The notes beneath the pieces were generated by a model. That model was given only the letters and a program-made list of their open reading frames with translations. It was not told where the DNA came from and ran no database searches. DNA of 64,000 nt. It comes from Acidimicrobiia bacterium (GTDB taxonomy: Bacteria; Actinomycetota; Acidimicrobiia; Spongiisociales; ZC4RG35). This document shows, one piece after another, positions 45,264 to 55,591 of this stretch (position 1 is the stretch's first letter; each line of letters starts with the position of its first letter). The translations under genes and the position numbers were made by a program. The stretch lies in assembly GCA_965203555.1 (NCBI GenBank), contig CBDBCY010000004.1:2080001-2144000 (forward strand), read 5' to 3'.

Positions 45264-45454
45264 GACCCGTAAAGCTACCCTGCCGTCCGTGGGCCTGCAG
45301 ACATTATCTTTTGAGAAGGAAACGCGGCCAATGTTGCTGTGGAGCCGCGGCGCGGATCGGGAGGGCTTTGACCGGAAGGGTTATGACTTTCAGGGCTACC
45401 GTCGGGGATCCCGGCGCTGTGATTAGATCGTGAAGGGATCGGCACAGCGGTCCT

Positions 45455-46648
45455 CTATCCGTTGATCGCCGCCCCCTCGGTTACCAATTCAGCGATCTCC
45501 GAGGATGTGGCGCCCAACCCGGCCAGCACCTCGGCAGTGTGTTCTCCCAAGGCTGGGGCCGGAGTGTTGGCCCGGACCGATTCGGAATTCACCCGGAAGG
45601 GTGAACCTGTTTGAGTCAACCTCCCCAGACGGGGATGAACTTCTTGGTAGAACATCTCCTGGCGCAGAGCTTGAGCGTCTTCCATGACTTCGGGGAGGGC
45701 GAGAACCTTGCCCACCGGCACTCCGGCGGCCTGGAACTCTTCCTGCCAGGCATCCACGTCCCCGGTTGCAAGAATGGCCCCGAGTTCGGCGGCGATTACC
45801 TCTCGGTGCTGCACGCGGTCGGGGTTGGTGGGGTACCGGTCCGCCAGATCGGGGCGGCCGATCACCTCGCACAGTCTCCGAAAGTGGGTGTCGGCCACTA
45901 TCGCCACCGCCAGGTGTCCACCCTGCGCTTCGAACAGTTGGTTGGGCGCAGTGAAGGGAGATGCGGTCCCCATCCGGGGAGGTTGGCGCCCCTCCGCCAC
46001 GGCGATGGCATTCCAGGTCGACTGGGCGGCGATCAATCCGTCCCGCAGGGATACCTCCACTCTCTTCCCCTCACCGGTTCGGGCCCGCTCCACCAGGGCG
46101 GCGGAGATGAGGAAGGCGATGTTGGTTCCCGCCAGAAAATCTCCGATGGTGGTAGCTGTCTTTTGGAGGGGGTCGTCGGCATGGCCGGCGATGGAGACCA
46201 TCCCCGACTCGGCCTGAAAGATCAGGTCGATTCCCGGCCGGGCGGCGTCGGGGCCTTCGGTCCCGAAAGCCGACACCACCGCGTAGACGATGGCGGGGTT
46301 GGTTCTACGTACCTCGGATTCGCCCAGGCCGATTCGCTCCATCGCTCCCTGGCGCAGATTGTGCAGCAGAACGTCGGCGGCGCCGACCAGTTCGACCAGC
46401 CATCGCCGGGCCTTGGGATGGCGGGGATGAAGCGCCACCGACCGCTTGCCCCGGTTCATAGCCAGGTAGAAGGCCGACTCTCCGGCTACGAAGGGGGGAA
46501 AGGCCCGGGACAGATCGCCGCTGGGCAACTCGACCTTGATCACGTCCGCCCCCAGGTCGGCCAGGGCCATGCCGGCATAGGGCGCGCCCACCAGGTTGCC
46601 CATCTCCACCACCCTGATCCCCGACAGGGGACCGGACGGGATGGTCAC
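45455..46648 (-). CDS. CaiB/BaiF family CoA-transferase
   Basis: PLSGIRVVE, LADLGADVIKVE, NRGKRS and PALGEHT motifs; GTGA overlap with the thiolase. Confidence 0.93.
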   Translation of the reverse strand: MTIPSGPLSGIRVVEMGNLVGAPYAGMALADLGADVIKVELPSGDLSRAFPPFVAGESAFYLAMNRGKRSVALHPRHPKARRWLVELVGAADVLLHNLRQGAMERIGLGESEVRRTNPAIVYAVVSAFGTEGPDAARPGIDLIFQAESGMVSIAGHADDPLQKTATTIGDFLAGTNIAFLISAALVERARTGEGKRVEVSLRDGLIAAQSTWNAIAVAEGRQPPRMGTASPFTAPNQLFEAQGGHLAVAIVADTHFRRLCEVIGRPDLADRYPTNPDRVQHREVIAAELGAILATGDVDAWQEEFQAAGVPVGKVLALPEVMEDAQALRQEMFYQEVHPRLGRLTQTGSPFRVNSESVRANTPAPALGEHTAEVLAGLGATSSEIAELVTEGAAING

Positions 46649-47853
46649 ACCCTTTCCACCACCAGCGCGATTCCCTGCCCGACGCCGATGCACATGGTGG
46701 CCAGTCCGTAGCGGCCTTCCCGTTTGCAAAGCTCATGTACCAAGGTGGTAAGAATGCGGGCGCCTGAACAGCCCAGCGGGTGGCCCAGCGCGATCGCTCC
46801 CCCGTTCACGTTCAATCGACCTGGATCCAGGCCCAATTCGTTGCGGCAGGCGGCCGCCTGGGCGGCGAAGGCCTCGTTCAACTCCACCAGATCGAGGTCC
46901 TCCACATCCAGCCCGGCCCGGGCCAGTGCCTTTTGCGAAGCGGGAACCGGTCCGATACCCATCAGGTCGGGGTGTACTCCGGCCGCCGCGGTCGAGACCA
47001 AGCGGGCCATGGGGGTCAGGCCCGCCTTCTCCAATCCGGCGGCGGTGGCCAGAATCATGGCGGCGGCCCCGTCGTTCATGGGCGAGGAGTTGCCAGCGGT
47101 GACGGTCCCACCCTCCCGGAACACCGGGCGAAGCCTGGCCAGGGCCTCCATGGAGGTATTGGCCCGAGGCCCCTCGTCCGAGGTGATGGTGGCGATGGTC
47201 CGTTTCTTGGGTCCCACCGCGGCTTCTATCGGGACGATCTCGTCATCGAATCGTCCAGCCTGCTGGGCGGCGATGGCTCGCCGATGGCTGGTGAGGGCGA
47301 AACGGTCCTGATCGGTGCGGGTGACTCCGTACTTGGAGGCGACCTCCTCGGCGGTCTCGCCCATGCTGATCGGCGAGTACATGGCTTGCATGCGAGGATT
47401 GACGAGCCGCCAACCCAATACCGTGTCCACTATCTGCGGCGCCCCCACCCCGTAGGCCCGTTCCGGTTTGGTGACCACGAACGGAGCGCGGCTCATCGAT
47501 TCGGAGCCGCCGGCGATCATGATGTCCCCCCACCCCGCCGCCAGCGCCTGGGAGGCAGTGATGATGGCCTGCAGACCCGATCCGCACAGTCGGTTGACCG
47601 TTTGTCCGGCCGTCTCGATGCCCAATCCCGCCAGAAGGACCGCCATCCGCGCCACGTTGCGGTTGTCCTCGCCGGCCTGGTTGACCGCTCCCCACACCAC
47701 ATCCTCGATATCTCTTCCCTCAAGGCCCGGGTTGCGCTCCATAAGAGCCCCCACCACATGGGCAGCCAGGTCGTCCGGCCGCACGGCTGCCAGTTGCCCT
47801 CCGATCCGACCCATGGCAGTCCGACAGGCATCGGCGATGAAAACGTCAGTCAT
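46645..47853 (-). CDS. Thiolase (PcaF/PaaJ-like acetyl-CoA C-acyltransferase)
   Basis: NQAGEDNRNVARM, NRLCGSG, NEAFA, GHPLG and MCIGVGQG motifs. Confidence 0.95.
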   Translation of the reverse strand: MTDVFIADACRTAMGRIGGQLAAVRPDDLAAHVVGALMERNPGLEGRDIEDVVWGAVNQAGEDNRNVARMAVLLAGLGIETAGQTVNRLCGSGLQAIITASQALAAGWGDIMIAGGSESMSRAPFVVTKPERAYGVGAPQIVDTVLGWRLVNPRMQAMYSPISMGETAEEVASKYGVTRTDQDRFALTSHRRAIAAQQAGRFDDEIVPIEAAVGPKKRTIATITSDEGPRANTSMEALARLRPVFREGGTVTAGNSSPMNDGAAAMILATAAGLEKAGLTPMARLVSTAAAGVHPDLMGIGPVPASQKALARAGLDVEDLDLVELNEAFAAQAAACRNELGLDPGRLNVNGGAIALGHPLGCSGARILTTLVHELCKREGRYGLATMCIGVGQGIALVVERV

Positions 47854-48224
47854 TGGTTTGTCCTTTACTTGCTATCCGGATGTATACGGGTCGATTGGCG
47901 CCGCCGGCCACAGCGCCCGCGATGTCCGGTGCGTAGGCTGATGGCAACTGCAAGGTGGCGGCAACTCCCCGATGGCCCCCGGAAGTAATCTGTATACGAG
48001 ATGGGCCATTCGGGATCCCAGCCGTCGACTTGCAGGAAGGCCCGGTGGTGGGCGGGGCCTGACCGGTTGATCAACAGGATCAATCGGGGATTAGGGCCGG
48101 ACATGCACAGAGGCCTTTCTTCAATCGGGGCCGTTCTCTCCCTGGATTATGGCGGAACAGGCGGCGTCCGGCGCCCCAAAAGGGACGTTCACCCGATTCG
48201 TTCTACAGGCGAGGGTGCGGGCGG

Positions 48225-49277
48225 ATGAGCGTCGGCAGCCGGACGGCGGGCCTGGAACTGGTGGATCTGACTTTCCGGTATCCGGACGCATCCCGGCCGG
48301 CGGTTGACGGGTTCGATCTGGTGGTGAAACCTGGCGAACTGGTCTGCCTGTTGGGGCCTTCAGGATGCGGCAAGACAACGATCCTGAAAGCCATTGCCGG
48401 CTTGCTGAAGCCCACCCGGGGCGATATCCGGATGAACGGACGGTCTCTGGCGGGCATCCCAACGGAGAAACGCTCCACCGGGATGGTGTTCCAGAAACCT
48501 CAGTTGTTTCCTCATCTCACCGTGGGCGCCAACATCGGCTTCGGGCTGAGAATGCGCCGGGTCGATACGGTACAGATAAAGGCGCGAGTCCGGGAGATGC
48601 TGCACCTGGTGCAACTGGAGGGGATGGAAGATCGCCGGGTTACGGAGATCTCCGGTGGCCAGGCGCAGCGGGTGGCGTTGGCCAGGGCGTTGATCATTGA
48701 ACCCCAAGTGTGGTTGCTGGACGAACCGCTCAGTCAGTTGGACGCCAACTTGCGGGAAGAGATGCGAGAATTGATCCGCTCCATCCAGAAAAAACTGGGA
48801 GTCACCACCTTGTTTGTTACTCACGATCAGGAGGAGGGAGTGGTGCTGGCCGATCGGATCGGTCTGGTTCTGCAGGGCCGCCTGCAGCAGATCGGCTCCC
48901 CTCCGGAACTCCTGGAGGCGCCGGCAACGGTGGAGGTTGCCAGGTTCTTCGGGGGCCACAACCAGATTCAGGGAAGAGTGGAGGGAGAATGGTTCAAATG
49001 CGACCTTGGACTGTTCCGGTTGAGCCGTCCGTTTATCTCTGGCCCGGGGGTCCTGGTTATCCGTCAGGAAGCGGTGGAAACGGGAGCGGGGGAGAACTCC
49101 TTCTCCGCCCGGGTGGACCGGGCCAGGTACATGGGAACGCATCAGCAGGTGAAGTTGGCGGCCGGGCGGTTCTCGGTGGTTGTGAAAACCGCCCCAAGCC
49201 ATATCTTCCGGCCCGGCCAGACCATCCATGTGCGTTTCCCTCCTGATCGAATCTGGATAATTCCCAGCTCCGCCTAG
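48225..49277 (+). CDS. ABC transporter ATP-binding protein (PotA/FbpC-like, TOBE domain), orphan
   Basis: GPSGCGKTT, ISGGQAQRVALARAL, LDEP and THDQEE motifs. Confidence 0.9.
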   Translation: MSVGSRTAGLELVDLTFRYPDASRPAVDGFDLVVKPGELVCLLGPSGCGKTTILKAIAGLLKPTRGDIRMNGRSLAGIPTEKRSTGMVFQKPQLFPHLTVGANIGFGLRMRRVDTVQIKARVREMLHLVQLEGMEDRRVTEISGGQAQRVALARALIIEPQVWLLDEPLSQLDANLREEMRELIRSIQKKLGVTTLFVTHDQEEGVVLADRIGLVLQGRLQQIGSPPELLEAPATVEVARFFGGHNQIQGRVEGEWFKCDLGLFRLSRPFISGPGVLVIRQEAVETGAGENSFSARVDRARYMGTHQQVKLAAGRFSVVVKTAPSHIFRPGQTIHVRFPPDRIWIIPSSA

Positions 49278-49501
49278 TCGTCGCGCCGACAAACAGACTG
49301 GTGGTAGTCACCGCGGTGGGGAACACAACTTGGACCGCAGTGATGGGATCGCGGTAGTTCCCCTCAACGCTGGTCCTTGACATATCTGTCGGAACGCTGA
49401 AGAGCTGCCGATCCGGGCGCGTGTGCCAGGAGATATCGAAGGCCATATCGTGGGAGGGTTATGCTTGCCTCACGAGGTTTTCTTCCCATCAAGGAGTCAC
49501 A

Positions 49502-50224
49502 ATGAACAATGACTGGAGCGACCTTTCGCGTCGCCTGAGCGATCTGCTCGGACTTGAGCACGCACCTATCGCAATCACGTTTTCCGAGGCGCCGGTTGCT
49601 TCCTACAGCGGTATCGATCCCTTCGGGGGCCCCCTGTCGGAACCTACTCCGGACGGTCGGTCCGGCGCGGTTCCCGCTCCTTGCGTTTTTTGGATGCACG
49701 CCCACACCCGCACCTTTTTCACCACCCCGGACGATCATGGCAACTGCTCGGTGGGCGAATACACCCACGGGCTGGTGGAGGCCGGCGACATACTGAACCG
49801 AGAGGATGTGGGAACGCTCCTGGAGGTCGGTTGGGTGACTATGGAGGCGTTTGCGGGAGTGGCGGCCCTGGAGCGGCGCCCCAGTTCGATCCTTTACGGA
49901 CCCCTGGCCGATACGCCGCACGACCCCGATGTCGTGTTGTTGAGACTTAGTCCTTATCAAGCCATGGAATTGGGCGACGCGGTCACTATCAATCTCAGCG
50001 GAAAACCGCAGTGTCAGATCCTTCCCATCGCCATTGACCAGGGCAAAGTTGCTCTGTCCATGGGATGTGCCCTGTCGAGGGCCCGCACTGGAATGGGTGA
50101 CGACGAACTCACCTGCGCGGTTCCGCCCGGACAGCTTGCGGAGATAGTGGCGAACCTGGAAGGTGTGGTGGGCGCCGACAAGCAGGTGGTGGGCTACGCT
50201 CACGCCGACGCCGCTCGCTTCTAG
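49502..50224 (+). CDS. DUF169 family protein
   Basis: LGLEHAPIAI, C-x-FW, NCSVG, YGPL..PDVV, PQC and SMGC..SR motifs; AAGGAG RBS. Confidence 0.78.
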   Translation: MNNDWSDLSRRLSDLLGLEHAPIAITFSEAPVASYSGIDPFGGPLSEPTPDGRSGAVPAPCVFWMHAHTRTFFTTPDDHGNCSVGEYTHGLVEAGDILNREDVGTLLEVGWVTMEAFAGVAALERRPSSILYGPLADTPHDPDVVLLRLSPYQAMELGDAVTINLSGKPQCQILPIAIDQGKVALSMGCALSRARTGMGDDELTCAVPPGQLAEIVANLEGVVGADKQVVGYAHADAARF

Positions 50225-50242
50225 AGACTCCGGCAGGTTCCT

Positions 50243-51424
50243 TTAGCGGGACAATTCCCGAAATAGGGGAGTGGGAAAGCGAGGAGTTACCCGTACTCCG
50301 GATAGCCACGCCTCCAAGGCTTCCGCTCGATCAGCTACGGCCGTGTCCCCGTCGGCGCCGATGTCCTCGGTGAGACGGTACACGACCCTTCCGTCGGGCC
50401 GCTGTCCCCAGCCGCCCACTACGCGGCCGCGCCACCAGACAGTGGGTCCGGCATTGCCGTTGCGGTCGAACAAGCCCTCCCGGCGATCCCCCAGGTACCA
50501 GTGGCGCTCTCGCCATCCCATCACGGTGGAATCGAGGCCGGGGAGAAAGGCCGCCCATGGGGTTGGGGTGGGGATTGGCTCGAGATCATCCGCCATGACC
50601 CATGCCGACCCGGTGTCGATCTCGACCTTGGCTAGATCCAAGGCGCGGAGGGCAGGTCGCAAATCCCGGAGGGTCCAACCCGTCCACCATCTGAGATCGG
50701 CTTCGGTCCCCGGTCCGTAGGCGCGTAGCCACCGTTCCACGAGACTCTTTCGGGCGACGGGCGGGTCCATGTCGGGAATGCCGCCGTGCAGCACGGTCTC
50801 CATGGCGGTCCAGCGATACTGGCCGCTGCGCCAGGTTCCCCGGGGACGGCCCCGAATGATGCGGCCCCGGGTTGCAAGAAGAAATAGCACCCGGGTGGAA
50901 ACTCCTACCTTCCCGCCCCATTTCTTGCCTCTGCCGAAGGTAAGAGTTTGTTTCAGTTCCGGCACGTCTTCCCGCAGTTCGGTGGCCAGCGCCTCCCCAT
51001 GCCGGATTATCGCTTCCACCGTAGAGTCTCCCACCCTTTCCAACCAACGCTCACCGTCGTCGGTGATCCCCTCCGCTTCCAGGTATCCCACCAATCGCCG
51101 TTGCTCGGCGGCCGCCAGCGGCAGGGCGCATCCATGGTGCAGCAGGGGAACCAGGTCACCGGAGACGGCGAAAAGGGTACGGCGCATGCCCAGAATCCGG
51201 AAGAGAGACGGTTCGGTGTAGAGGACCGTTTCCATGTCGGGGATGGTCAGGCCGTCCACTCTTGCCCACGAGGACAGGAACGGGGTGGCGGGGTCGCTGG
51301 TGTGGAGTCCGACCTGGTCGTGGGCGGCTTCGACGGGGGACCCCGCTCGGCTCTCGGGATGGAGGTGATGGCGGACGGCCAGCCGGGCGCGTCGCTCGTC
51401 GACACCGATCCGCCTGCTCACCAT
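50243..51424 (-). CDS. HTH_42 winged-helix protein (AlkZ/YcaQ-like DNA glycosylase family)
   Basis: LHTSDP, MRRTLF, RWLRAYGPGTEADLRWWTG, LPGLD and GRVVGGW motifs. Confidence 0.85.
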   Translation of the reverse strand: MVSRRIGVDERRARLAVRHHLHPESRAGSPVEAAHDQVGLHTSDPATPFLSSWARVDGLTIPDMETVLYTEPSLFRILGMRRTLFAVSGDLVPLLHHGCALPLAAAEQRRLVGYLEAEGITDDGERWLERVGDSTVEAIIRHGEALATELREDVPELKQTLTFGRGKKWGGKVGVSTRVLFLLATRGRIIRGRPRGTWRSGQYRWTAMETVLHGGIPDMDPPVARKSLVERWLRAYGPGTEADLRWWTGWTLRDLRPALRALDLAKVEIDTGSAWVMADDLEPIPTPTPWAAFLPGLDSTVMGWRERHWYLGDRREGLFDRNGNAGPTVWWRGRVVGGWGQRPDGRVVYRLTEDIGADGDTAVADRAEALEAWLSGVRVTPRFPTPLFRELSR

Positions 51425-51531
51425 GGCTGGATCAGTCTATTCGAAGGCAGGTGGATCGGTCCTCCGTTGGTTTCATGATTGGTTTGTACCGGGCTGTGCG
51501 GCCCGGGACAAACCTTCTCGATGCGCGCCGG

Positions 51532-52890
51532 TTACCCCACCACCGGGACTTGCTGCATGGCCTCGGCCACCTTTTCATCGGGATACTCGTAGTCGGTCAG
51601 ACCGCCGGCAAGATAGTTGTCGTAGGCGCTCATGTCGAAAGCTCCATGTCCGCACATGGCGGTGAGAATCACCTTCTCCTCGCCGCTTTCCCGGCACTCG
51701 TTGGCTACCCGGATGGCCGAAGCCAGCGCATGGGTGGGCTCCGGCGCGGGAACGATGCCCTCGGTGCGGGCGAACTGTACGCCAGCCGCGAAGCATTCAT
51801 TCTGTCCAATGGCCTCCGCCTCGATCAGTCCCAGTTCGTAGATGTGGGAGAGCAGGGGAGACATACCGTGGTACCGCAGGCCCCCGGCATGGATCGGATC
51901 TGGAATGAACGAGTGACCCAGGGTGTGCATCTTGATGAGCGGCGTCATCCCGATGGTGTCGCCGAAGTCGTACCGGTACTCACCCTTGGTGAAGGAGGGA
52001 CAGGAGGCCGGCTCCGAGGCGCGTATGGTCGGACTGATCCTTCCGGCCAGTTTCTCCCGCAGGAAGGGGAACATCAACCCTGAGAAATTGGAACCACCTC
52101 CGGTACAGCCAACGATCACATCGGGAGTGTCTCCGGCCATGGCCATCTGATCCAGAGCCTCCTCTCCGATGACGGTCTGGTGCAGGAGGACGTGATTGAG
52201 CACGCTCCCCAGCGAGTACTTGGCCTCTTCATTGGTGGCGGCTACCTCCACAGCTTCAGAAATTGCGATCCCCAGGCTTCCCGGAGAGTCGGGATCGGAA
52301 CCCAGCACGGTCCGCCCGGCGTTGGTCACCTCCGAGGGTGACGGGTGGACCGTAGCGCCCCAAACTTCCATCATCGACTTGCGGTAGGGCTTCTGTTTGT
52401 AGGAGGCGCCCACCATCCAGACCTCGCAGTCGAGGCCGAAGATGGCGCACGCCAGCGACAGTGCCGAGCCCCACTGCCCGGCGCCGGTCTCGGTGGTCAG
52501 CTTCTTGACGCCCTCCTGGGCGTTGTAGAAGGCCTGCGCCACCGCCGTATTGGGCTTATGGGACCCGGCCGGGCTTCCCCCCTCGTACTTGTAGTAGATG
52601 CGAGCGGGCGTGTCGAGCGCCTTTTCAAGGCCGGTGGCCCTATAGAGAGGAGTGGGTCTCCACATGCGATAGACATCGATCACCTCTCCGGGGATGTCGA
52701 TCCGGGAGTCCCCCGATACTTCCTGAAGGATAAGCGCCATGGGAAAGAGGGGCGCCAAGTCGGCAGGACCCACCGGCTCGTGGGTTCCGGGGTGCAGGAC
52801 CGGCGGGGGCGGGGCCGGCAGGTCGGGGATGATGTTGTACCAACTGCTGGGAATCTGGGACTCGGCGAGAGTAAACTTCCTTTGAGCCAT
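51532..52890 (-). CDS. trpB2: TrpB2-type tryptophan synthase beta-like PLP enzyme
   Basis: [36 protein letters not shown] and HAGGLRYHG motifs. Confidence 0.95.
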   Translation of the reverse strand: MAQRKFTLAESQIPSSWYNIIPDLPAPPPPVLHPGTHEPVGPADLAPLFPMALILQEVSGDSRIDIPGEVIDVYRMWRPTPLYRATGLEKALDTPARIYYKYEGGSPAGSHKPNTAVAQAFYNAQEGVKKLTTETGAGQWGSALSLACAIFGLDCEVWMVGASYKQKPYRKSMMEVWGATVHPSPSEVTNAGRTVLGSDPDSPGSLGIAISEAVEVAATNEEAKYSLGSVLNHVLLHQTVIGEEALDQMAMAGDTPDVIVGCTGGGSNFSGLMFPFLREKLAGRISPTIRASEPASCPSFTKGEYRYDFGDTIGMTPLIKMHTLGHSFIPDPIHAGGLRYHGMSPLLSHIYELGLIEAEAIGQNECFAAGVQFARTEGIVPAPEPTHALASAIRVANECRESGEEKVILTAMCGHGAFDMSAYDNYLAGGLTDYEYPDEKVAEAMQQVPVVG

Positions 52891-52965
52891 GGTCGGTCCT
52901 CGTTTCGTCTCGGGTTGCCTTCAACTGTGGCTGATAATAGAGAACCCCACAATGCAGGTGGACTG

Positions 52966-53544
52966 ATGACTGTCACTGCTCCCCGATCGCTTCCCTGGAC
53001 CAACAATCCCGACGCCGACCGGCTGTTGGCCACAGACCCGCTGGCTTTATTGATCGGCATGCTGTTGGACCAGCAATTCCCCATGGAAAGGGCATTCTTC
53101 GGTCCCTTCCTGCTTCAGGAGCGCTTGGGCCGCGCTTTGGAAGCGGGTGAGATCGCTGATTGGGACCCCGAAGAGATGTCGACGATTTTCCGGGGTCCGC
53201 CTGCCATCCATCGTTACCCGACCTCTATGGCCAAACGTACCCAGGCCCTTTGCCAAGCGCTGGTGAACAAATACGACGGGCAGACCGAACGCCTGTGGAA
53301 CGAAGCGGCGAGCGGACGGGAGTTGTACAAGCGCCTTATGAGCCTTCCCGGTTTCGGGGAGATGAAGTCGCGGGTGTTCGTGGGTGTGCTGGGCAAGCGT
53401 ATGGGAGTTCGGCCGCCTGGCTGGGAGGGGGAGGCGGCTCAGCGGCCGTCCATAGCCGACGTGGCGCGCTGGGAAGACGTGGCGGAGCTCCGAGCGATGA
53501 AGCGAGAGATGAAAAAGGCCGCCAGGGCCAAAGCTAAGAAGTAA
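52966..53544 (+). CDS. HhH-GPD-type base excision repair-like protein (actinobacterial)
   Basis: PLALLIGMLLDQQ..MERAF, HRYP, LPGFGEMK and SIADV motifs. Confidence 0.88.
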   Translation: MTVTAPRSLPWTNNPDADRLLATDPLALLIGMLLDQQFPMERAFFGPFLLQERLGRALEAGEIADWDPEEMSTIFRGPPAIHRYPTSMAKRTQALCQALVNKYDGQTERLWNEAASGRELYKRLMSLPGFGEMKSRVFVGVLGKRMGVRPPGWEGEAAQRPSIADVARWEDVAELRAMKREMKKAARAKAKK

Positions 53545-53587
53545 CTGCTCAGCGCTACCGCGAGAAAGCCGCCTATTCTCTCTAGCT

Positions 53588-54190
53588 ATGAAGATTGATT
53601 TCTATTTCGACCCTGTCTGTCCGTGGTGCTGGATTACCAGCCGGTGGTTAACAGAGGTAGCTCCGCAACGCCCGGTCGACATTCGCTGGCGTACCTTCAG
53701 TCTTTACATCAAGAACCAGGGCCGTGAGCTCCCTGACGAGTATTGGGAGGTAACCGACTGGGGACGGGGAGCGCTGCGGATAGTGGAAGCAGCCCGCGCT
53801 GCCGAAGGCGAAGAGTTCGTGGGAGATTTCTACACCGAACTGGGGGCCCGCTTTCACCACGACGAGGAGTATTTGCCGGACTTGGCTGACAGCCTGGAAG
53901 CCATCGGTCGCTCTCCGGACTGGGCCGCCGCCGCCGACGACCGGCAGTGGGATTCGGCCATAGAGGAGTCCATGTCTGACGTGTTGGGCCTGCTGGGAGA
54001 CGATATCGGAGTGCCGTCGATTGTGTTCGACGGCAAGTACGGCTACTTCGGGCCAGTGATCTCCCCGGCGCCAACCGGTGAGGCAGCCCTGAAACTATTC
54101 GACGGCTTTGCCGCCCTGGCCGCTCAACCGGGGATCTGGGAGGTAAAACGAGAGCGCACCGTAGGGCCAGTTTTCGGCCCCCGCCCCTGA
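53588..54190 (+). CDS. DsbA-like oxidoreductase (Rv2466c-like)
   Basis: FYFDPVCPWCWITSRW, DIGVP, FGPVIS and EVKRER motifs. Confidence 0.88.
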   Translation: MKIDFYFDPVCPWCWITSRWLTEVAPQRPVDIRWRTFSLYIKNQGRELPDEYWEVTDWGRGALRIVEAARAAEGEEFVGDFYTELGARFHHDEEYLPDLADSLEAIGRSPDWAAAADDRQWDSAIEESMSDVLGLLGDDIGVPSIVFDGKYGYFGPVISPAPTGEAALKLFDGFAALAAQPGIWEVKRERTVGPVFGPRP

Positions 54191-54399
54191 TCTGGGAAGC
54201 TATCCCCACCTCGAAGTCGATGTCAAGAACCAACTGCTGGCCATACGAAAGCTAAGATGTCCCACCTGAGTCGCGAAGAACGATCCGCCATGACCAAGAT
54301 GGCGGCGCGCTTGGTCGACACGAACTGACCCCCCACCCGTTGTGGCTATGCAAATCTCCATGGCACCTGTTGCACATGTGGGCGAGATTGGGATTGACC

Positions 54400-54726
54400 A
54401 TGGAAGAGCACCCTGTCTTATTGAAGAATGCCCTCCGAGCCGCGGCCAAGGAGGCGTTTGAGGACCCGACGGCGATGAAGGAACATCTTGAGGAGATACC
54501 TGATCCGTTCGCTCCCAACGTGGAAACCCTAACGGACGACGAGACACAGGAGATAGCAGAACTCGCCCAAACGTTCTACCCTGCTTTGGCGGCCATCTCA
54601 GGAGGCCCAGGCTACGAAACCGCACACCGAGCGGTCTATAAAGCCGCTCTAGCCTACGGTTTTCCATCCACTGCCGCCCACACCCTGGCCTCCGACGTTG
54701 CACATCGCATGGAGGTTCCTAGGTGA
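54400..54726 (+). CDS. Hypothetical acidic helical protein
   Basis: Open frame with protein-like composition; no family recognised. Confidence 0.45.
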   Translation: MEEHPVLLKNALRAAAKEAFEDPTAMKEHLEEIPDPFAPNVETLTDDETQEIAELAQTFYPALAAISGGPGYETAHRAVYKAALAYGFPSTAAHTLASDVAHRMEVPR

Positions 54727-54765
54727 CCACACCCGTCCGAGAGTCCGCTGACCATTGTCCAACTG

Positions 54766-55191
54766 CTAGGTGTATACGGTGAACGTCTGACGTCTGCCAG
54801 GACCGAAACGGTAGATGAAGAAGTCGACATCGAAAGCTACGACCTCGTGAACGCCCAACCGCTCCATGATCGCCCAACTTGTCCTGTCAACTATGGAGAA
54901 GTCCTGATCCGGAAAAGCCCGGCCGATCTCTGCCGCCACCTGCAGATCTGCGAGACCCGCCGGTTCGACCCGCGCAAGACCCCTTCCAATGTTTTCGATC
55001 AGCGTGTTGGCGGCGGCGCTGCTCTGTCTCCCAGCGACCAGTAGCCATGTCTCGACCAGTACATGATCGCTGGTCAACAGTTGACCCGAGAAGCTGCTGA
55101 GTAAAGCAGCAGCGCGTTCGTGGCTGGCATCGTCCGAATCCGCCGCTGCGTACCAGGCGGAGGTGTCGACGAAAACGGAGACTTCTCTCAG
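54766..55191 (-). CDS. vapC: VapC-family PIN toxin, probable CTG start
   Basis: Continuous frame (L)REVSVFVDTSAWYA..TSDHVLVETW..FSIVDRTS..FDVDF. The CTG overlaps the antitoxin TGA (CTGA). Confidence 0.85.
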   Translation of the reverse strand: MREVSVFVDTSAWYAAADSDDASHERAAALLSSFSGQLLTSDHVLVETWLLVAGRQSSAAANTLIENIGRGLARVEPAGLADLQVAAEIGRAFPDQDFSIVDRTSWAIMERLGVHEVVAFDVDFFIYRFGPGRRQTFTVYT

Positions 55192-55436
55192 ATTCTCTTC
55201 CGATCGGCGCGTTCAGCGACGGCGCTGTAAACGGCTGCGGAGCGTTCATTCGCGATGTCGCTGCCGCCGGAGGCGAAAAGTCCGATGATCGAAGCCAAAT
55301 CGGCTTGGGGTCGCGGGGCGTCCAGATCTTGATCAACAAGACGCCGAATGTACTCGGCCATGCTGATGCCCAACTCGGTCGCTTTTCTTCTTACTTGGGC
55401 ATGTTGCTCGGGACTGAGCGCGATCTGTGTTCTCAT
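55188..55436 (-). CDS. RHH/CopG-type antitoxin
   Basis: MRTQIAL..GISMAEYIRRLVD; leaderless TATGAT-N8-ATG; upstream of a PIN gene. Confidence 0.85.
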   Translation of the reverse strand: MRTQIALSPEQHAQVRRKATELGISMAEYIRRLVDQDLDAPRPQADLASIIGLFASGGSDIANERSAAVYSAVAERADRKRI

Positions 55437-55591
55437 GCCGCTACATCATAACAGCAGATATGGGCCACCTACCACACCCCTGAACGGGGGCTCCCCCCAA
55501 ATCGGAGCGATCTCTTCCCATAGTTTCATCGGTGATCCTGAAACCGCGGCAGGCAATGCGGGCTGGAAGAGTCTCTATCCAAATGCTGTGA

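Noticed and set aside
49278-49500. Riboswitch in the long leader of the DUF169 gene
   Set aside because: I could not match TPP, SAM-I/IV, cobalamin, FMN or Moco consensus blocks by eye; an Rfam scan would be needed.
54766-55191. Frameshifted or pseudogene status of the second vapC
   Set aside because: The frame is continuous from the antitoxin stop to the vapC stop; only the start codon is non-canonical.
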